From assembly GCA_013265495.1 (NCBI GenBank), contig MU058000.1, positions 1 through 64,000 on the forward strand: DNA of 64,000 nucleotides, read 5' to 3'. Position 1 is the first letter of the stretch. Every line of letters starts with the position of its first letter. This document shows positions 41,810-55,312 of the stretch, piece after piece. A model generated the notes under the pieces. The model searched no databases. It saw only the letters and a program-made list of their open reading frames with translations, and was not told the DNA's origin. The translations under genes were made by a program, and so were the position numbers. The stretch is from Vicugna vicugna (taxonomy: Eukaryota).

Positions 41810-42000
41810 GCATTCATCCATTCCTTCACTTGTTTATTCACAAATACAGTTTGAGCACCTACTAGGTGATGGACTCTGTGTTAGAGATGTAACAAAAACA
41901 AGCCAGACTTGGTCTCTAATATCAGAAAGCTTATACTCTAGTGGAGAGAACACATTAGGCAAATGGACAGTATGGTACCATAATCTTTGATGGGGAAAGC
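41810..42000 (-). mobile_element. L2 3' end
   Basis: cattcatccattcc...ttgagcacctactagg. Confidence 0.6.
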
Positions 42001-42309
42001 ACAGTAAAATACTTTAATACTATAGTATCACAGGTTCTTCCATAGCAAAAGTCCTGGGCACCACACAGATGCATACAGAATATGGACCTCGCCCAGCCCC
42101 TAAAGGAAGAGATTCCTGAGGTAAGAAATGAAAAATGATATGAGGGTGAGTTGTAAGTAAAAAAGAGTTAAAAGGAGACTAAACAAACCCTACAGCCTTG
42201 GCCCTCATCTAATTAATATTGAATAATTAATTCAAAACCTCTTAAGGCTACCTATACTACTAACTTCTCAAGGATCCCTACCACTAAAACAAGGATTCAA
42301 TCTGAGGTA

Positions 42310-42725
42310 GGCAGGTATAATTCAGAAGATTAGTGAACTTGGAGAGGAAAAAATACAGCTTTATTTTTATTAACCACTAACTTGAAACTCAGGATTTTCA
42401 TCAATAATAAATATGAACAACAACAACAAAAAAACCCCACAACAGTATTCTCAATACCCATGACTTTGGCAAAAATAGAAATCATAGATATTTCATATTA
42501 CTTTACAGATGATGTAGATACGTCAAAAAAGTATTCAAAATCATGGCACTTAAGGACCTACTGCTAGATATTCCTTAAAACATGCATTTGAAAAACCATG
42601 GGTATTTTTCAGCATCTTGACTACTGCATTTCAATATAATTGGTTTCCTTTTTGAATCTGTATATTTTATGCATCTAAAAGCAATAGTCTGAGAAAGGGC
42701 TCATCGATTTCACCAGATTAATAGG
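42310..42725. mobile_element. Old hAT-type DNA transposon fragments
   Basis: tttcaatataattggtttcc...tctgagaaagggctcatcgatttcaccaga. Confidence 0.4.
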
Positions 42726-42789
42726 GGTGTGTTTCTTCCCAGATACCTGCACTTCTCAGTACCTGCACATGAGAGACTTGCAAAAACTA

Positions 42790-43290
42790 TGAATTTAATT
42801 TTTCTTGTAATTGTCTGTTCTCCCCAATTAAATTTTGTATTTGATTTTTCAGCAATGCTGGCCCTGTGGTTATAAAAAAATAAAATGTTATTTTACAGCT
42901 ATAACAGAAGCTCTCTGAGTCTCTGAGTCTGCCATTTTCTTTCTGTAAGACCTTCAGGACAATAAGAAAATCCATCCCACACCAAAGCCCTTGTAGTCAT
43001 CACTACTGTTCTAATGGTCAAGTTCAGTAGCTTCTTATGCACACACTTTAGTAGGCATTTTACCACAATCAGCCATAGGTGGTATTTGATTAAATTAGAT
43101 GCTGTTGCTCATACTAGTACCTAATTACCGCATTGTGTCCAAGTACAAAAACATGACCAAACTAATCCCCGAATCATCGTTTGGAGTGTCCATTTCCAGG
43201 GACCGCTTGTGGAACCAATTTTTGCATCAGTCAAGGTCCAAGCAGGATCCAGCAACTACATAAGGTACATGAATAGAGAAAATCTAATAT
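42790..43290 (-). mobile_element. MaLR internal fragment plus LTR edge
   Basis: cagaagctctctgag..., ggaaccaatttt..cagtcaaggtcc junction typical of antisense MaLR int/LTR. Confidence 0.4.
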
Positions 43291-44544
43291 AATTTTTTTT
43301 ACTCCCATGTAAATTTAACCAAAAAAGGCAGGAATAGAACAACATAGCAGTAAACATTTATTTTATTTTTACTATGCCCTAAAAGAGTATTGAGAAGTAC
43401 TGTCTCCCTTGTTGCCAATCTGAAAGAAGATAAAAAACTATAATTAATCAGTAAAGGCAATGACTCCATTCAGGTCTGGTTCTCCTGCTGTAACAATCAC
43501 CGGTTCTGGGCATACACAGATGGTACCATAATCTCTTCAAACCTACTGGGAAATTGAAAAGAATATTAAATTATTTTAGCATTTTTAATAAAACAGTAAT
43601 TTTTTTAATGGAGTCCTTCATTGCTGTGGGTGGCAGAAATGGACTGGAGACAGAGAGATGATAATTAGTTAGCTATTTTCCTAACGGAAACTAGCCTCTG
43701 GTCAAAAGGGCCACACATTCTTTGCCTTTGGATAATCTCCACTGTTAATAATCACAGGGATTCTGAGAAATAAAAGAAAATAAAGCATACTCCAGGTTGA
43801 CATGCCATAGCTGGAGAAGCCATCAAGTATTCCAGGTTCCAATTTTCCCAAGGATTTTTGCACTAAACAACACAGTGAACCATGTAGAATTTCTTTCTAT
43901 CCCTCCCATTATGTGTCCTTGAAGAAAGAAGAAACACAACTGTTGCAAAATTATATTACCTTCTTGAAACTATCTCTGACTAGTATCACTCAAGTCTTGA
44001 TCATTTTCCTATACTTTGCATCACTGTGACATTCTTCTTATTTAATATGGCTTCCTCAGTGCTCAGCATGGCCTGAGGTACCACAGGATTCTCAGAATGG
44101 CCAGCATTGTCAAAGTGTTTACAATACAGCTTAGAAAAGAGAATGGAAACATATGAAAATATTGGATTGGACAGAATGTTAAATGAGGTCATCTCTTTCC
44201 CAGCATCTCAGTTCATACACTTATACCTTGACAAAGAGAAAAGAAAGTAAGGAAACATTTATGAGCTGAAGTATGTCACCTAAAGTTTCAAGTTACAATT
44301 AAGATTTAGACTGGGCCTTGAAGGATGAGCAGAATCTAAACTGAGGGAAGTGGGGCTAAGGAAGCAGCTGAGCAAAAGCACAGAAGCCAAAATAAAAAAT
44401 AAAAATTCTGACTTAAGTGGGACAAAGTCTTTAGACTTGAGAAAAGAACTGTGTGAAATGAGGTTTATAACAGTTAATGGAAGCACCTGAATTATGGTTA
44501 GTAAAGTATGAACTTGAAGCAGGAACTTCAAGTAGACAGGATAT

Positions 44545-44634
44545 GGGGGTGGGAATAGTGGTAGAGTATGTGCTTAGCATGCAAGAGGCCCTGGGTTCAA
44601 TCCCCAGTATCTCCATTAAAATAAATAAATAAAC
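44545..44634 (+). mobile_element. Vic-1-like camelid tRNA-derived SINE
   Basis: gggggtgggaatagtggtagagtatgtgcttagcatgcaagaggccctgggttcaatccccagtatctcc + (taaa)n tail; B-box ggttcaatcc intact, A-box partly deleted. Confidence 0.85.
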
Positions 44635-47059
44635 ATACATTGGTGGGGGCGGAATTTGGCAGGATTAGACATGTGGAAAGTGGTGTTTTGGAAAGATTGT
44701 TCATTAGCATAAAGAACAGATGAGCAAGAAGAGGACAAGCCTTTTAAGGGATGTCAAACAGGGGTCCAACATAGCAACCCAGGCATAGGTAGGCAATAAT
44801 CCTACAAGAGTGGTAGCCATGAGAATAGAGAGGAAGGCGCTTGGAATCCAGAAACTGAGGTCACATTGGAAGCTATGTGCCAGGAGTTGATTGCTTTGGT
44901 AGCATCTTTCTCAGCACCCTGATCCCCTTCTAGTCCATCCACCTTGAGCACATCCTGTCGCAGCTTGACATGTGGATCGCTCCAGGATTCAAACACAGCA
45001 CCACGCCCCTGGAAGAAGATGAGGAACTCTTCTGAAGGTCTTGCTGGTCATGCTGATGCACAGCTTTACGTCTTTTTTCCACTGTGTTCCCCAACACAGT
45101 GTTTATAGTATCCTATCATCTCCTAAAAAATCTTCCTTTCTTTCCCCTAAACTGAGGGAATGATTATCCTTCCTGCCTTATGGTTTGATGGAAAACAAAG
45201 GGACACTGGAGAGCATATCTGACCACTTCATGCTCTCTTCTCAAGCCCCCAACTCATCCAGAACATTTGGCTCTTTGCACAACAGGATATGTCCTGGTTT
45301 CACCTGACTAGTTACTACCCCCATAGCTCCTCTAAGGCATCTCTGCATATTATATAGGTACTCAATGTTTTGGTCTGGTCTTGGTCTTCAGCAGTTTACT
45401 TCCATTAAGTCTGCATGATACATTTTTACACTATATCATTATGAGCTTATTTTATATTTTTATTTCACTACTTGGAATCTAAAATATCCAAGCACAAATG
45501 CCTTGTGCTGCCGAGGTCCAGCACAGTATTGCCATTTTGCACTTCGATGTTATTAAACCAGCTAATCTTTTGCATGTTTACATTTCATGCTAAGGAGCCA
45601 AAGATGCAGATGGAGATGTCTTGACAACATCTCTAGAATTTCTAAGCTTTAAAACATATGGACTTTGCTAACAGGTGAGTAAAATTTCATAAAAGACTCT
45701 CTTTAATAAATGCTAAGAGATAAATGGTATATAGGCACGAACCCCCAAGCTCTGAAATGTCACATTTCAAAAACACTCCTATAGTATTCCCTGGAAATCA
45801 GGTTTAAAGTAAAACAGAACCCAGTCTGAAGACTGATCTCTTTTTTTTTTTTTAACAAAATGTCATTTATTCTTTAGCACAGTGATCCCAAAAGACGAAT
45901 TTATAATATTGTCCACTCTAATAGCATGAAAACTCAGATTATTCAGTTAGTAATCATTATCTTTTCCTGTTTGATTCACCAGGCACAGATTTTTATGAAT
46001 TTTTTTTTTTGGTCCCTTCATATTCTTTCACATGGTTCCTCCCCTCCCACTCTTTGAGGCTGCTTGTTCGTCACAGTCTCCTACCTCTGTAAACTGTCTA
46101 CTAAACACACCCAATTCTCAGTTTGTGTGTATCTAGTTGCAAGATTTTATTGTTACTACCTGCAATGATTGTTTAGACAAGCAAAAGATATCCATTCAAT
46201 CTATCTATGTACTTACAAGAAATGAAAATTTACCAACTACATTTGGTTACCAAACCCTGCACTATTTAAACAATGTATTCTTAAAAGCCAAGTTCCTGAC
46301 AATCCCTTCTCTGTCTGGAATAGAAAGAAAAAAGATGGCTTGAAAGACACCATGGAAGTAATAAGCGTAAGATAAAGCTGGATACACAGAATATACAAAA
46401 AAAAAAATTTAACGTTACCAGACATAGTACAATAAAATCATATAAAGGAAAAACAATTGAAACATCCTAGATAGAACAAGGAAGTTCAAGAATAAGCAAT
46501 TTGTTGCAAAGATATATCCAGTCATTTAAATATTTTCCCTAAGCACCTTCAGGTCAATGGTCCTGTTGCAGGGTATCCTGAAAAGCCTATGGAGATACCC
46601 AGAAGTAAAAGCCAAACTCTACCCTAAAACAAGCTGACAGCTCAGTTGGAGAGAAAACACAGGTAGAATATTAAATTAACTTAGAAAAATCTATCACAGG
46701 TTTATGCCTTTTGACCCAGATATACTACTTCTACTTCTGATTTTAGCCTAAATAAACAATCATATATATAACCATGTGGGCTTATAGAATAATTTAATTT
46801 TAACAATAACTAATCTTGGAGAAATGACAAGGTAATTAATTTTAAAAGGTGGCCACATTGCAATCAAGTGGCATGTAGTCTTTACAATAATATACAAAGG
46901 ACAATTTAATGACCAAGAAATGTTTGCAGTATGTTATGTGGAAAATCAGGATTAAAATTAGCAAACTTGGTATAATCTCCTTGGTGTGAAAAATGCACAA
47001 GAGGTCAGCTACATGAAACCCACAACTGACACCATATTTAATGGTGTTAATGAAAATCA

Positions 47060-48045
47060 AAAACTAGATGAGGATGTCTGCTCTTGCCACTTCTATGCAT
47101 CATTGTAATGGAGGCCTAGCCAAGGCAATTAGGCAAGAAAATTAAATAAAAGGCTTCCAATTGGAAAGGAAGAAATAAATCTATCTCTATTTGCCAATGA
47201 CATATTCCTGTATATAAAAAATCCTATAGGAATCCACTATTAGAGCTAATCAATGAGTTTGGCAAGGTTGCAAGATATATCAAAATATGGATATCAATTG
47301 TATTTCTATACTAGCAGTGACTAAAGCAAAAATGAAATCAAAATAATTCCATTTAAAATCACATCAAAAATAATAAAATAATTAGTAATAAATTTAACAA
47401 AGGAAGTTTAAAACTTATACTCTGAAAAGTACAAAACATCACTGAGAGAAATTAAAGACCTTAATCAATGGGAAAACATTTGTGTTCATGTATCAGAATA
47501 TTTACTGTTACAATGGCAATATTCCCCAAATTGATCTACAAATTCAGTGCAATTCCTATCAAAATACCAGCTGCCTTCTTTGCAGAAATGAACAAGCTGA
47601 TCCTAAAATTCAAATGGAAGTGCAAGGCATACAGAATAGTCTAAACAATCTTGAAAAAGAAAAACAAAATTAGAGGACTCACATTTTCCAGTTTCAAAAC
47701 CTATCTACCATAAACATACAGTAATCAAGACGCTATGGCACTGTTATAAGCATAGACATACAGACAAATGGAACAGGATCATGAATCCTGAAATAAACCC
47801 TTGTATTTATGATTAATTGATTCTTAACAAGAGTGCCACGGGTTGGACCATATACACATATACATCATACCATACACAAAATTTAACTCTAAATGGCTCA
47901 AAGGTCTAAATGTAGAAGCTTAAACTGTAAAACTCTTAGGAGAAACAGGTGTAAATCTTCATGACCTTAGATTAGGCGGTGGTTTCCTAGTTATGACATC
48001 AAGAGCATGAACAATGACAGAAACAAAAATAGTTAAATTAGACAT
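47060..48045 (+). mobile_element. Old L1 ORF2 fragment (disrupted)
   Basis: ctagccaaggcaattaggcaagaaa, ccccaaattgatctacaaattcagtgcaattcctatcaaaatacc; many stops and an internal deletion near 47838. Confidence 0.88.
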
Positions 48046-48049
48046 CTGC

Positions 48050-48555
48050 CACTTGGGGGTTAGTTTTCTGTTTGTTCTCAGTTTTTTTGTTTCTGTTTTC
48101 TTTTTCTTGACTTCTTGTAGGTTTTCTGTAACAGTTTCTAGAATCCCATGTTAATTTACCTATAGCATTGTTCAGTTTCTCTCTTTGTTTAGTAGTGGCT
48201 GCTGTAGGTATTACACTGAACCCACATAACTTATCTCACTCTACTTGGTACTGTCGTTCTACCAGTTTAAATGATGCACAGAAAACTTACCTGACTTCAT
48301 GTCCCTTTTCCCTCCCCCACTTGTAATTGTAATAAATATTTTCTCTACATACATTTAGAGCCATCTCAGACAGTGTAATAATTTTATTTCAACCATCAAA
48401 CAATTTCTGTTTAGAAAACTCCTTTTAGTCATTCACTTAGGGTAGATTTGCTGGCAACATATTCTATTAGTTTTCCTTCCCTTTAAAATGTCTTGATGTC
48501 TCCCTTTATTCTTGAAGTATTTTTTCTCTAGATATACGATTTTGGGTTGACAATT
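48050..48555 (-). mobile_element. Old L1 fragment in opposite orientation
   Basis: gatttgctggcaacatattct...ttcttgaagtatttttt...tttgggttgaca typical antisense L1M. Confidence 0.55.
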
Positions 48556-49919
48556 CAGATTCCTAGGCCCTGAGTGTCACATGGGAAAGAGCAACTGCAC
48601 CCCTGAATTTGAAAGGATTGTGGTCTTTTCAGTGATAACCAGAATGAAGCCCACATCCCCAAAAAGCCTAGTTGTCTGAAGAGTCCCTGCATTAACACTC
48701 ATAAACAAGGGAAGAGTCCCAATGATAACCTGGAGTCAATTTACCACTATTTCTGTGGTATTGAAGCTTGGGGTCAAGTTTAATTTGATTTGATTTAAAG
48801 GGAATGAAGCAATGTTATATGCTCTGCCCACTTAGCTTTGTAAAATACAATTTAAGTCTCTCATATAGTTTTTTTTTTACCTAATTCTGGCAAAGGAACA
48901 GGAACCCTTCATCCCAGAACAATTGTACTTACTCCTTCCTTTTATATTTTTTCTAATTTTTTTCATTTAATTTCTAGATCACTATAGCCCTCTGGGATAA
49001 CTGTATGCTCTTGATTTAAAAAAAAATCAAAAATAAGTCAGCTTTTCTTATAGAGCTAGCATCAGGCTGTGGAACTACTTTAGCCTGTGTCCCACAGTTC
49101 AAAGGAAATTTATCAAAAGGAGCATGGGTTTCAAGTGTGATGCTTCTCTCACCTTGCACTGAAATGTCATCTGTGACTTTAAAGGTAAAAATTCCTCCTT
49201 TCATACTCTCTGTTCCCTCTGGGGTCTGGGAAATGTAGACATTACCTAGACAATATAAATCTACTTCTGTAGTTTTACAGACATAGTGGACATTATCAGT
49301 TCTACCCGAAATTTCTGGTGTACCATGTTCTCTTCCTGAGGCTGTATTTTCTACTACTTTCTTCTGGGTCCTCCTGAGACTTCCACTTTCCTCTTCTGCT
49401 TAAAATCTTTTTAAAGCTATTTTTGGCTTTTTTTTTTCCAACTACTTTCTCAATTATTAATTATTTTCAATGTGGGGTGCCCAATAGATACCTATTAGTT
49501 GTAAATATATTCTCAACTATCAGATACTTATCTCAAGACCAAGTCTGTCTCTGTCTCCCTGATGTCAGAACTGTATAACCTCTCCTGCTACATATGGAAA
49601 TTTCCTTGGTAATGGAGCAAATGTATCTCAAACTCAGTACTTTGAAAACTGGACTCCAGCTTTCCCATTAAAATCAGCATGTGCTCATTGCTTATCCAGC
49701 CAGGTGCCAAGCTACCTTCTCACCTCCTTCTAAATCAAACTGCAGCCAAGAGTTAAAACCTAAATATCATACAAAATTCTTTGCCACTCTCTCCCCACCG
49801 CTACGCCCTTAGTTTACTTCCAGGTGTTTCTCATCTAAACACGAACTTTACTGCTACCCGTCCTCTCCCTCCCAGCGCCACACTGCAACTACTACTACTA
49901 ACAGCAGTAATAAAACACT

Positions 49920-50190
49920 AGTAACAATAGCCAACATCCCCTGAGCGCTTTCTAGGAGCCAGGCATTGTTCTAAGTGCTTAACATGCCTTGATTAGTTTA
50001 ATGCGCTTCCCACAAACTTACAGAGTATGTTCTACTTTTATTTCCCCTGTATAGACAAAGAAACTGAGGCACTGAGAAATTATACACTTTATCCAAAATA
50101 TAACAGTCAGTAAGAGGAAGATTAGGAATTCAAGCCCAGGAAATCCAGCTCTAGAGCCAGGGCCGGTAACCACTACCACCTTGCCTCCAA
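49920..50190 (-). mobile_element. MIR SINE
   Basis: gccaggcattgttctaagtgctt...gaaactgaggcactgaga...ggaattcaagcccagg. Confidence 0.8.
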
Positions 50191-51159
50191 AGTCCCCTGC
50201 ACTCTCACTCTCCTCCAGTCTTTCCTGCAGCCCACTGCCTAAGTGATGATTTTAAAATGGAAACCTGATCGTGCCACTCACTCACTTAAAATCCCTGGAG
50301 CCTGAAGATGGCATTAAGTGAGTTCCTGTGTCACTGGAAAACATTCATCCCCCGGACCAACCACGCTCATATCCCAGAGCAAACCCCCTCCCAATATGCT
50401 CCAGTCACATGAGCCACTTACAGGATCCTTCGCACAGATTCCCGACTTCACTGCTTCCACCATTTTCATCCCCTGGCTGAAGTCTATTCTTACTCCAATA
50501 AGTAAGTGGGTAGGCGGTAAATTCTCAGTAACTTCCAGGGCAGGTGGTTTTCATTCACTTTTTCTCCCCAAAAGGTGGCAGGCGTGGCATAAGCTTAACA
50601 TTGGCAGCAGCTAAGGAAAAGATGTACCAGCCAGGGAGTGGATATATGGCAGCAATAGCACCTTCTACAGCCTCTTTCTCATTTGTTACTGTGCCTTGCA
50701 ATTGTCTACTTGTTGTCCTCACTGCCACACAGGAGATTTCCTGAGCACAAGCATTATTTTTTCTCTGGATTTCATATGCAACTACACTGTCTGGTAAACT
50801 GATGAATGAATGAAATGAATGAATTACAGATAATGCAGTCCTCAAGGAAATCTCACTCTAAGTGAGGAGATATACAGACAAACAAATACTTACACAACAG
50901 AAGTGAGTAGCGCAATGGAAATACAAAGGAGTGACTTACACAGTCTTGGGTTCCAAGAGAAGAGAGGTCCCATGGGAGCAGGGTTTCTGTTATGCTTATT
51001 TCCTAGTGTATCCCCTGAGCCTAACAGAGCTTATTTATTGGCACTCAATAAATACATGTGATTAAATAAAAGAAATTTCTGTGGACTGAATCCCAGAACT
51101 CAGGAGTTGATTAAAATTAGTTACAATTAACTTCTATTAGCGTGTGCATATCAGAAGTT

Positions 51160-51345
51160 AGCAATTTCTCAAACAGCTGTCAAAATGAGATCCTAGCATA
51201 AGCATCACCTGAAGACTTGTTACAAATGCAAATTACAGAGCCCTACCCCAGACCTAGGGTGTCAGAAACTCTGCAGGTTGTGCCTTTCCATACATTTATT
51301 ATCAAGTTCTCCAGGTGGTTCTGACACAGGATAAAACTTGAAAAA
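51160..51345. mobile_element. MER5A-like
   Basis: gcaatttctcaaac...agcatcacctgaagacttgttacaaatgcaaatt...ccccagaccta. Confidence 0.7.
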
Positions 51346-51421
51346 CACAGGATAAAACAGCTCTAAAGCAATAGTTTGTAACCTTGGCTATGTTAGAATC
51401 ACCTGGATGTCTGTGTTTGTG

Positions 51422-51822
51422 TATTATGGACTGAATGTTTTGTATCCCCCCCAGAATTCATACACTGAAGCTCTAACCTCCAATGTGATGGTATTTGGAG
51501 GTGGAGTCCTTGGGAGACTTTGGTTTAGATGCATTCATGAGGGTGGAGACCAACCTCATGATAGGATTAGTGTCCTTGTAAGAAGAGGAAGAAAGACCAG
51601 AGTACTCTTCTCACCCCCTTTCTCCCCCTCTCTCTCCCCTCAACCAGGTGAGAACACAGAAGGCAGCTATCTGCAAGCCAGGAAAAGGGTGCTCACTAGA
51701 ATCCGGTCATTCTGGCACCCTTATCTTCGACTTCCAGCCTCCGGAACTGTGAAAAATAAACACTGTTTTTTTAAGCCACCCAGTCTATGGTATTTTGTTA
51801 TAGCAGCCTGAACAGACTAACA
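51422..51822 (+). mobile_element. MaLR solo LTR (MLT1A0-like) nested in a MER5-like element (51365-51940)
   Basis: tatggactgaatgttttgtatccccccc...gccacccagtctatggtattttgttatagcagcctgaacagactaa. Confidence 0.88.
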
Positions 51823-52104
51823 GTGTGTGTGTGTACACATGTGCATGGGTACATATATACATATAAACATACATATATCAATCCTTGGTCTATCCTCAAG
51901 GAGCCTGATTTAATTTGCACTGCACAAACACTGGTGTTTCCTGGTACTCAGAACGCTTGGGGCTAAGTCTCAGAAATCCCAGGTTTTCTCTAAGAAGCAG
52001 ATCTGTGTTCTGAAGCTCACAGATTTTTACTACCCCCCAGAGCAGAACATTTTCTTCTTCTCTCCCCCTCATCCCTCCTTTTTGGAGGCAGTCTGTGCTG
52101 GGAT

Positions 52105-52350
52105 AAAAAGAACATGGACTTTGAAGCCAGAGACACAGATCTTGTTTATATCCCAGCTCTACCACTTAATGGCTTTGCCTGCTGGGGCAAGTACTTCACT
52201 TAGCCTTTCTTAGTTTCAATTTTTCATCCAAAAAAAAAAAAAAAAGGAGTTGGGGGATAATGGAATAATACTTTGTTTCTGAACAGTGTCAAGACCAAAT
52301 TAAATTAAGATAATATATGTAAGACTCTAGTATATAGCACACAGTGCTGA
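52105..52350 (+). mobile_element. MIR SINE with internal A-run
   Basis: ggactttgaagccaga...cccagctctaccactta...gggcaagt. Confidence 0.7.
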
Positions 52351-52914
52351 GCAAATTCCAGTTATCTTTTAAAATAAATAAGCCTTCCTCTCAAAGGTCA
52401 TATAGTACATTTAGACTTCCTCAAATATCATAATCATAATAAAAAATAAAACAAGGTGTATTTTTGTCATTTCTGATATAAGCATGTTGAAGCAACCGAA
52501 CAGAGCATGCTTTCCTTTTAGAGAATATGCTTTCCTCAGTGACATAACACACAGAATATCCGCATTTTCATTAATATTGTTAAGCACTGATTTTGACACT
52601 CCAATTATTACAGTATCAAGTGAAAACAAAGCCTTAAATAATATTTTTAATAAGGGCTTTAAATAAAGAATCTGAGACATGTTCCCAGAAGCTCAAGATA
52701 GTCTTTAAGATAGTCTTACTCCCTTGGTGAATGAACACAAGAAATTACATTTCATGGTTATGTTCTCCTGAGCTAAGGGAAATTTTGAGGTTCTTGCTCT
52801 TTTATTGTCTTCTCATTTCACCCCTCTCAGAAACGGACCAGAGGCATTAGGTGGCATTCTTAGTGAAGGGGTAAATTATTTACTTTCATGATAGAGTTTT
52901 CTTTCGCAAATTTT

Positions 52915-53560
52915 AAAAATTCAGCTTTTTGAGGTACAATTCACTTACAAAAACTTTTGCCGCTCTTAAATGAGCAATTTGGTGAGACTGAATAAGTGTA
53001 CCCAGTTGTATTAATAACACACAATCACAATATAGACTATTTGCATCCCATCAAAAAGTTTTCTTTCCTTTTGTAGTTAACCCCTGCCCCCAATCTCCAG
53101 GCCTGAAAACCTAAGGATCTGCTTTACATCACTGTAGGTTTGATGTTTCTAGCATTTCATACAAATGGAATCATACAGTCTTCGGTATTTGTCTTCTTCT
53201 ATTTAGCATTATGCTTTGGAGGACATTTGACTTGTTTCCAGACCTTGGCTCTTATGGACAAAGTTTCTATGAATATTCCTGTGCAATTTATTGTGAGAAC
53301 TTGAATGTATTTTCATTTCTTTGGATACTGAGAGTGGGATTGCTGGGCTATACGGTGGGTACATGTTTTAGTTCATAAGAGAGTGCAAAACTGCTAAAGT
53401 GGCTGTTCCATTTTGCATTCCCATATGCAGTGTGTGGGGGTGCTGGTCATTCCACATGTCACCAGCACTTTGTATTGTATCTTTTACTCTAGTCATTATA
53501 TTGTACCTGTAGAGTGTCTATTTGTGGTTTAATTTTATATCCCTCTGATAGCTAATAATT
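52915..53560 (-). mobile_element. Old L1 (L1MB/ME-like) 3' end
   Basis: cagctttttgaggtacaattcac...aatggaatcatacag...gggattgctggg. Confidence 0.8.
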
Positions 53561-53703
53561 TTTTGAGACATTGTATTTTACCTTAATATAATTTTAAAAT
53601 GTTTAATGTTAAATTAATATTAATTACTTTAATGTGTTTACTTAATTTAACAATATAATTAATTTAATATACTTAATTTCTCAGCAAATGTTACAGTTCA
53701 CAC

Positions 53704-54890
53704 TTTTTTTTAAAGCATCTTTATTGTGGTGAGGTTCCTGTAAACTGCACATATTCCAGATGTACACTTTGATGAATTCTGATAGATGTATACTCCAATG
53801 AAACCACCACTACAATCAAGATAGCTAACATTTCCATCACTCCCCAAGAGGTGCAATTTTCAAATTCCCAGTCTGTCCCTTCCTATCCCCTTTAACCTTC
53901 TTGGTCATAAGTTAGTTCTCTATGTCTGTGAGTCTGCTTACAGTTTGTAGATAAGTTCATTTGTGTCCTACTTATTTCTTTTTTTAGATTACACATATAG
54001 GCCATATCATATGGCATTTTTCTTTCTCTATATGGCTTACTTCACTTAGAATGATGATCTCCAGATCCATCCATGTTGCTGCAAATGGCATTATTTTATT
54101 CTTTTTTATAGCTGAGTTGTGTGTGTGTGTATGTATGTATGTATATATATACCACATCTTCTTTATCCATTCCTCTGTCAATGGACATTTGGGTTGTTTC
54201 CATGACTTAGGCTATTGTAAACAGTGCTGCTATGAACATTTGGGTACATGTGAATTATATTTTTTCTGCATATATACCCAGGAATGGGATTGCTGGATCA
54301 TATGGTAAGTCTGTTTTCAGTTTTTTAAGGAATCTCCATACTGTCCTCCATAGTGGCTGCACCATTTTACATTCCTACCAACAGTGTAGGCGGGTTCCTT
54401 TTTCTCCACACACTCTCTAGCATTCATCTTTTGAAGATTTTTGAATGATGGCCATTCTGACTGATGCAGTTTTAACCTGCACTTCTCTAACAGTTATTAG
54501 TGATGTAGAGAATCTTTCTATGTGCTTGTTGGCCACCTGTCTGTCTTCTTTGGAAAGATGTCTATTTAGGTCTTCTGCCCATTTTTTTGATGGGGTTGCT
54601 TTTTTTTTTATATTAAGGTGTATGAGCTGTTCATATATTTTGGAAATTAGTTCCTTGTTGGTCACATCATTTGCAAATATTTTTCCCATTCTGTAGGTTG
54701 TCTTTTCACTTTGTTAATGGTATCCTTAGCTGTGCAAAAGTGTTTAAGTTTAATTATATTCCATTTGTTTATCTTTGCATTTATTTCCATTACTCCAGGA
54801 GCTGGTTCTAAAAATATATTGCTGTGATTTATGTCCAAGAGTGTTCTGCCTATGTTTTTCTCTAAATATAAAGTATCTGGTCTTATATTC
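53704..54890 (-). mobile_element. Chimeric L1: old-type 3' terminus (53704-53850) fused to young L1 ORF2 end/3' UTR
   Basis: ORF2 remnants [36 protein letters not shown]; junction near 53851. Confidence 0.85.
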
Positions 54891-54999
54891 AAGATTAATT
54901 AAATAACATAATATTTTAATTAATTTAATTAAATAAGTTTGATTTAATTATATATTAGGTTTAATTAATTTAATAACATAATTTAATATTAATGTTATA

Positions 55000-55312
55000 T
55001 TTAATTTTTTCATCAAATATTACAGTTTACATTCTATTGCAATTTAAAGTATATAGGTCTTGCACATATTTTATAAATTCATTCCTAAGTATTTCATATT
55101 TTCTTTGTTATTATAAATGATGCTTTTAACATATCTCTTTCCAATTGATTATTTCTCATATATAGAAATACAACTGATTTTTGTGCATTGACCAGATATC
55201 CTGCAACTTTGCTAAATTTCACAGTCAGTAATTTTGCAGAACTGTACTTAAGATTTTCGATACAAATGAATGTCACCTGAAAATAAAGGCAGATTTACTC
55301 TTTCCTTCCCAG
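55000..55312 (-). mobile_element. Old L1 ORF2 fragment
   Basis: Antisense FSKVAGY..NAQKSVVFLY. Confidence 0.75.

Noticed and set aside
44545..44615. tRNA gene
   Set aside because: D-arm/A-box is deleted and an A-rich tail follows; it is a SINE.
51324..51359. Short tandem duplications (acacaggataaaac x2; also aagatagtctt x2 at ~52695 and ctgcatccagag x2 at ~10423)
   Set aside because: Ordinary local slippage duplications; only two copies each, not an array.
51407..51811. 134-aa ORF, the longest in the window
   Set aside because: Lies almost entirely within an MLT1A0-like LTR; chance open frame.
53984..54892. ORFs with L1 ORF2 similarity
   Set aside because: Frameshifted fragments of a truncated L1, not a functional reverse transcriptase.
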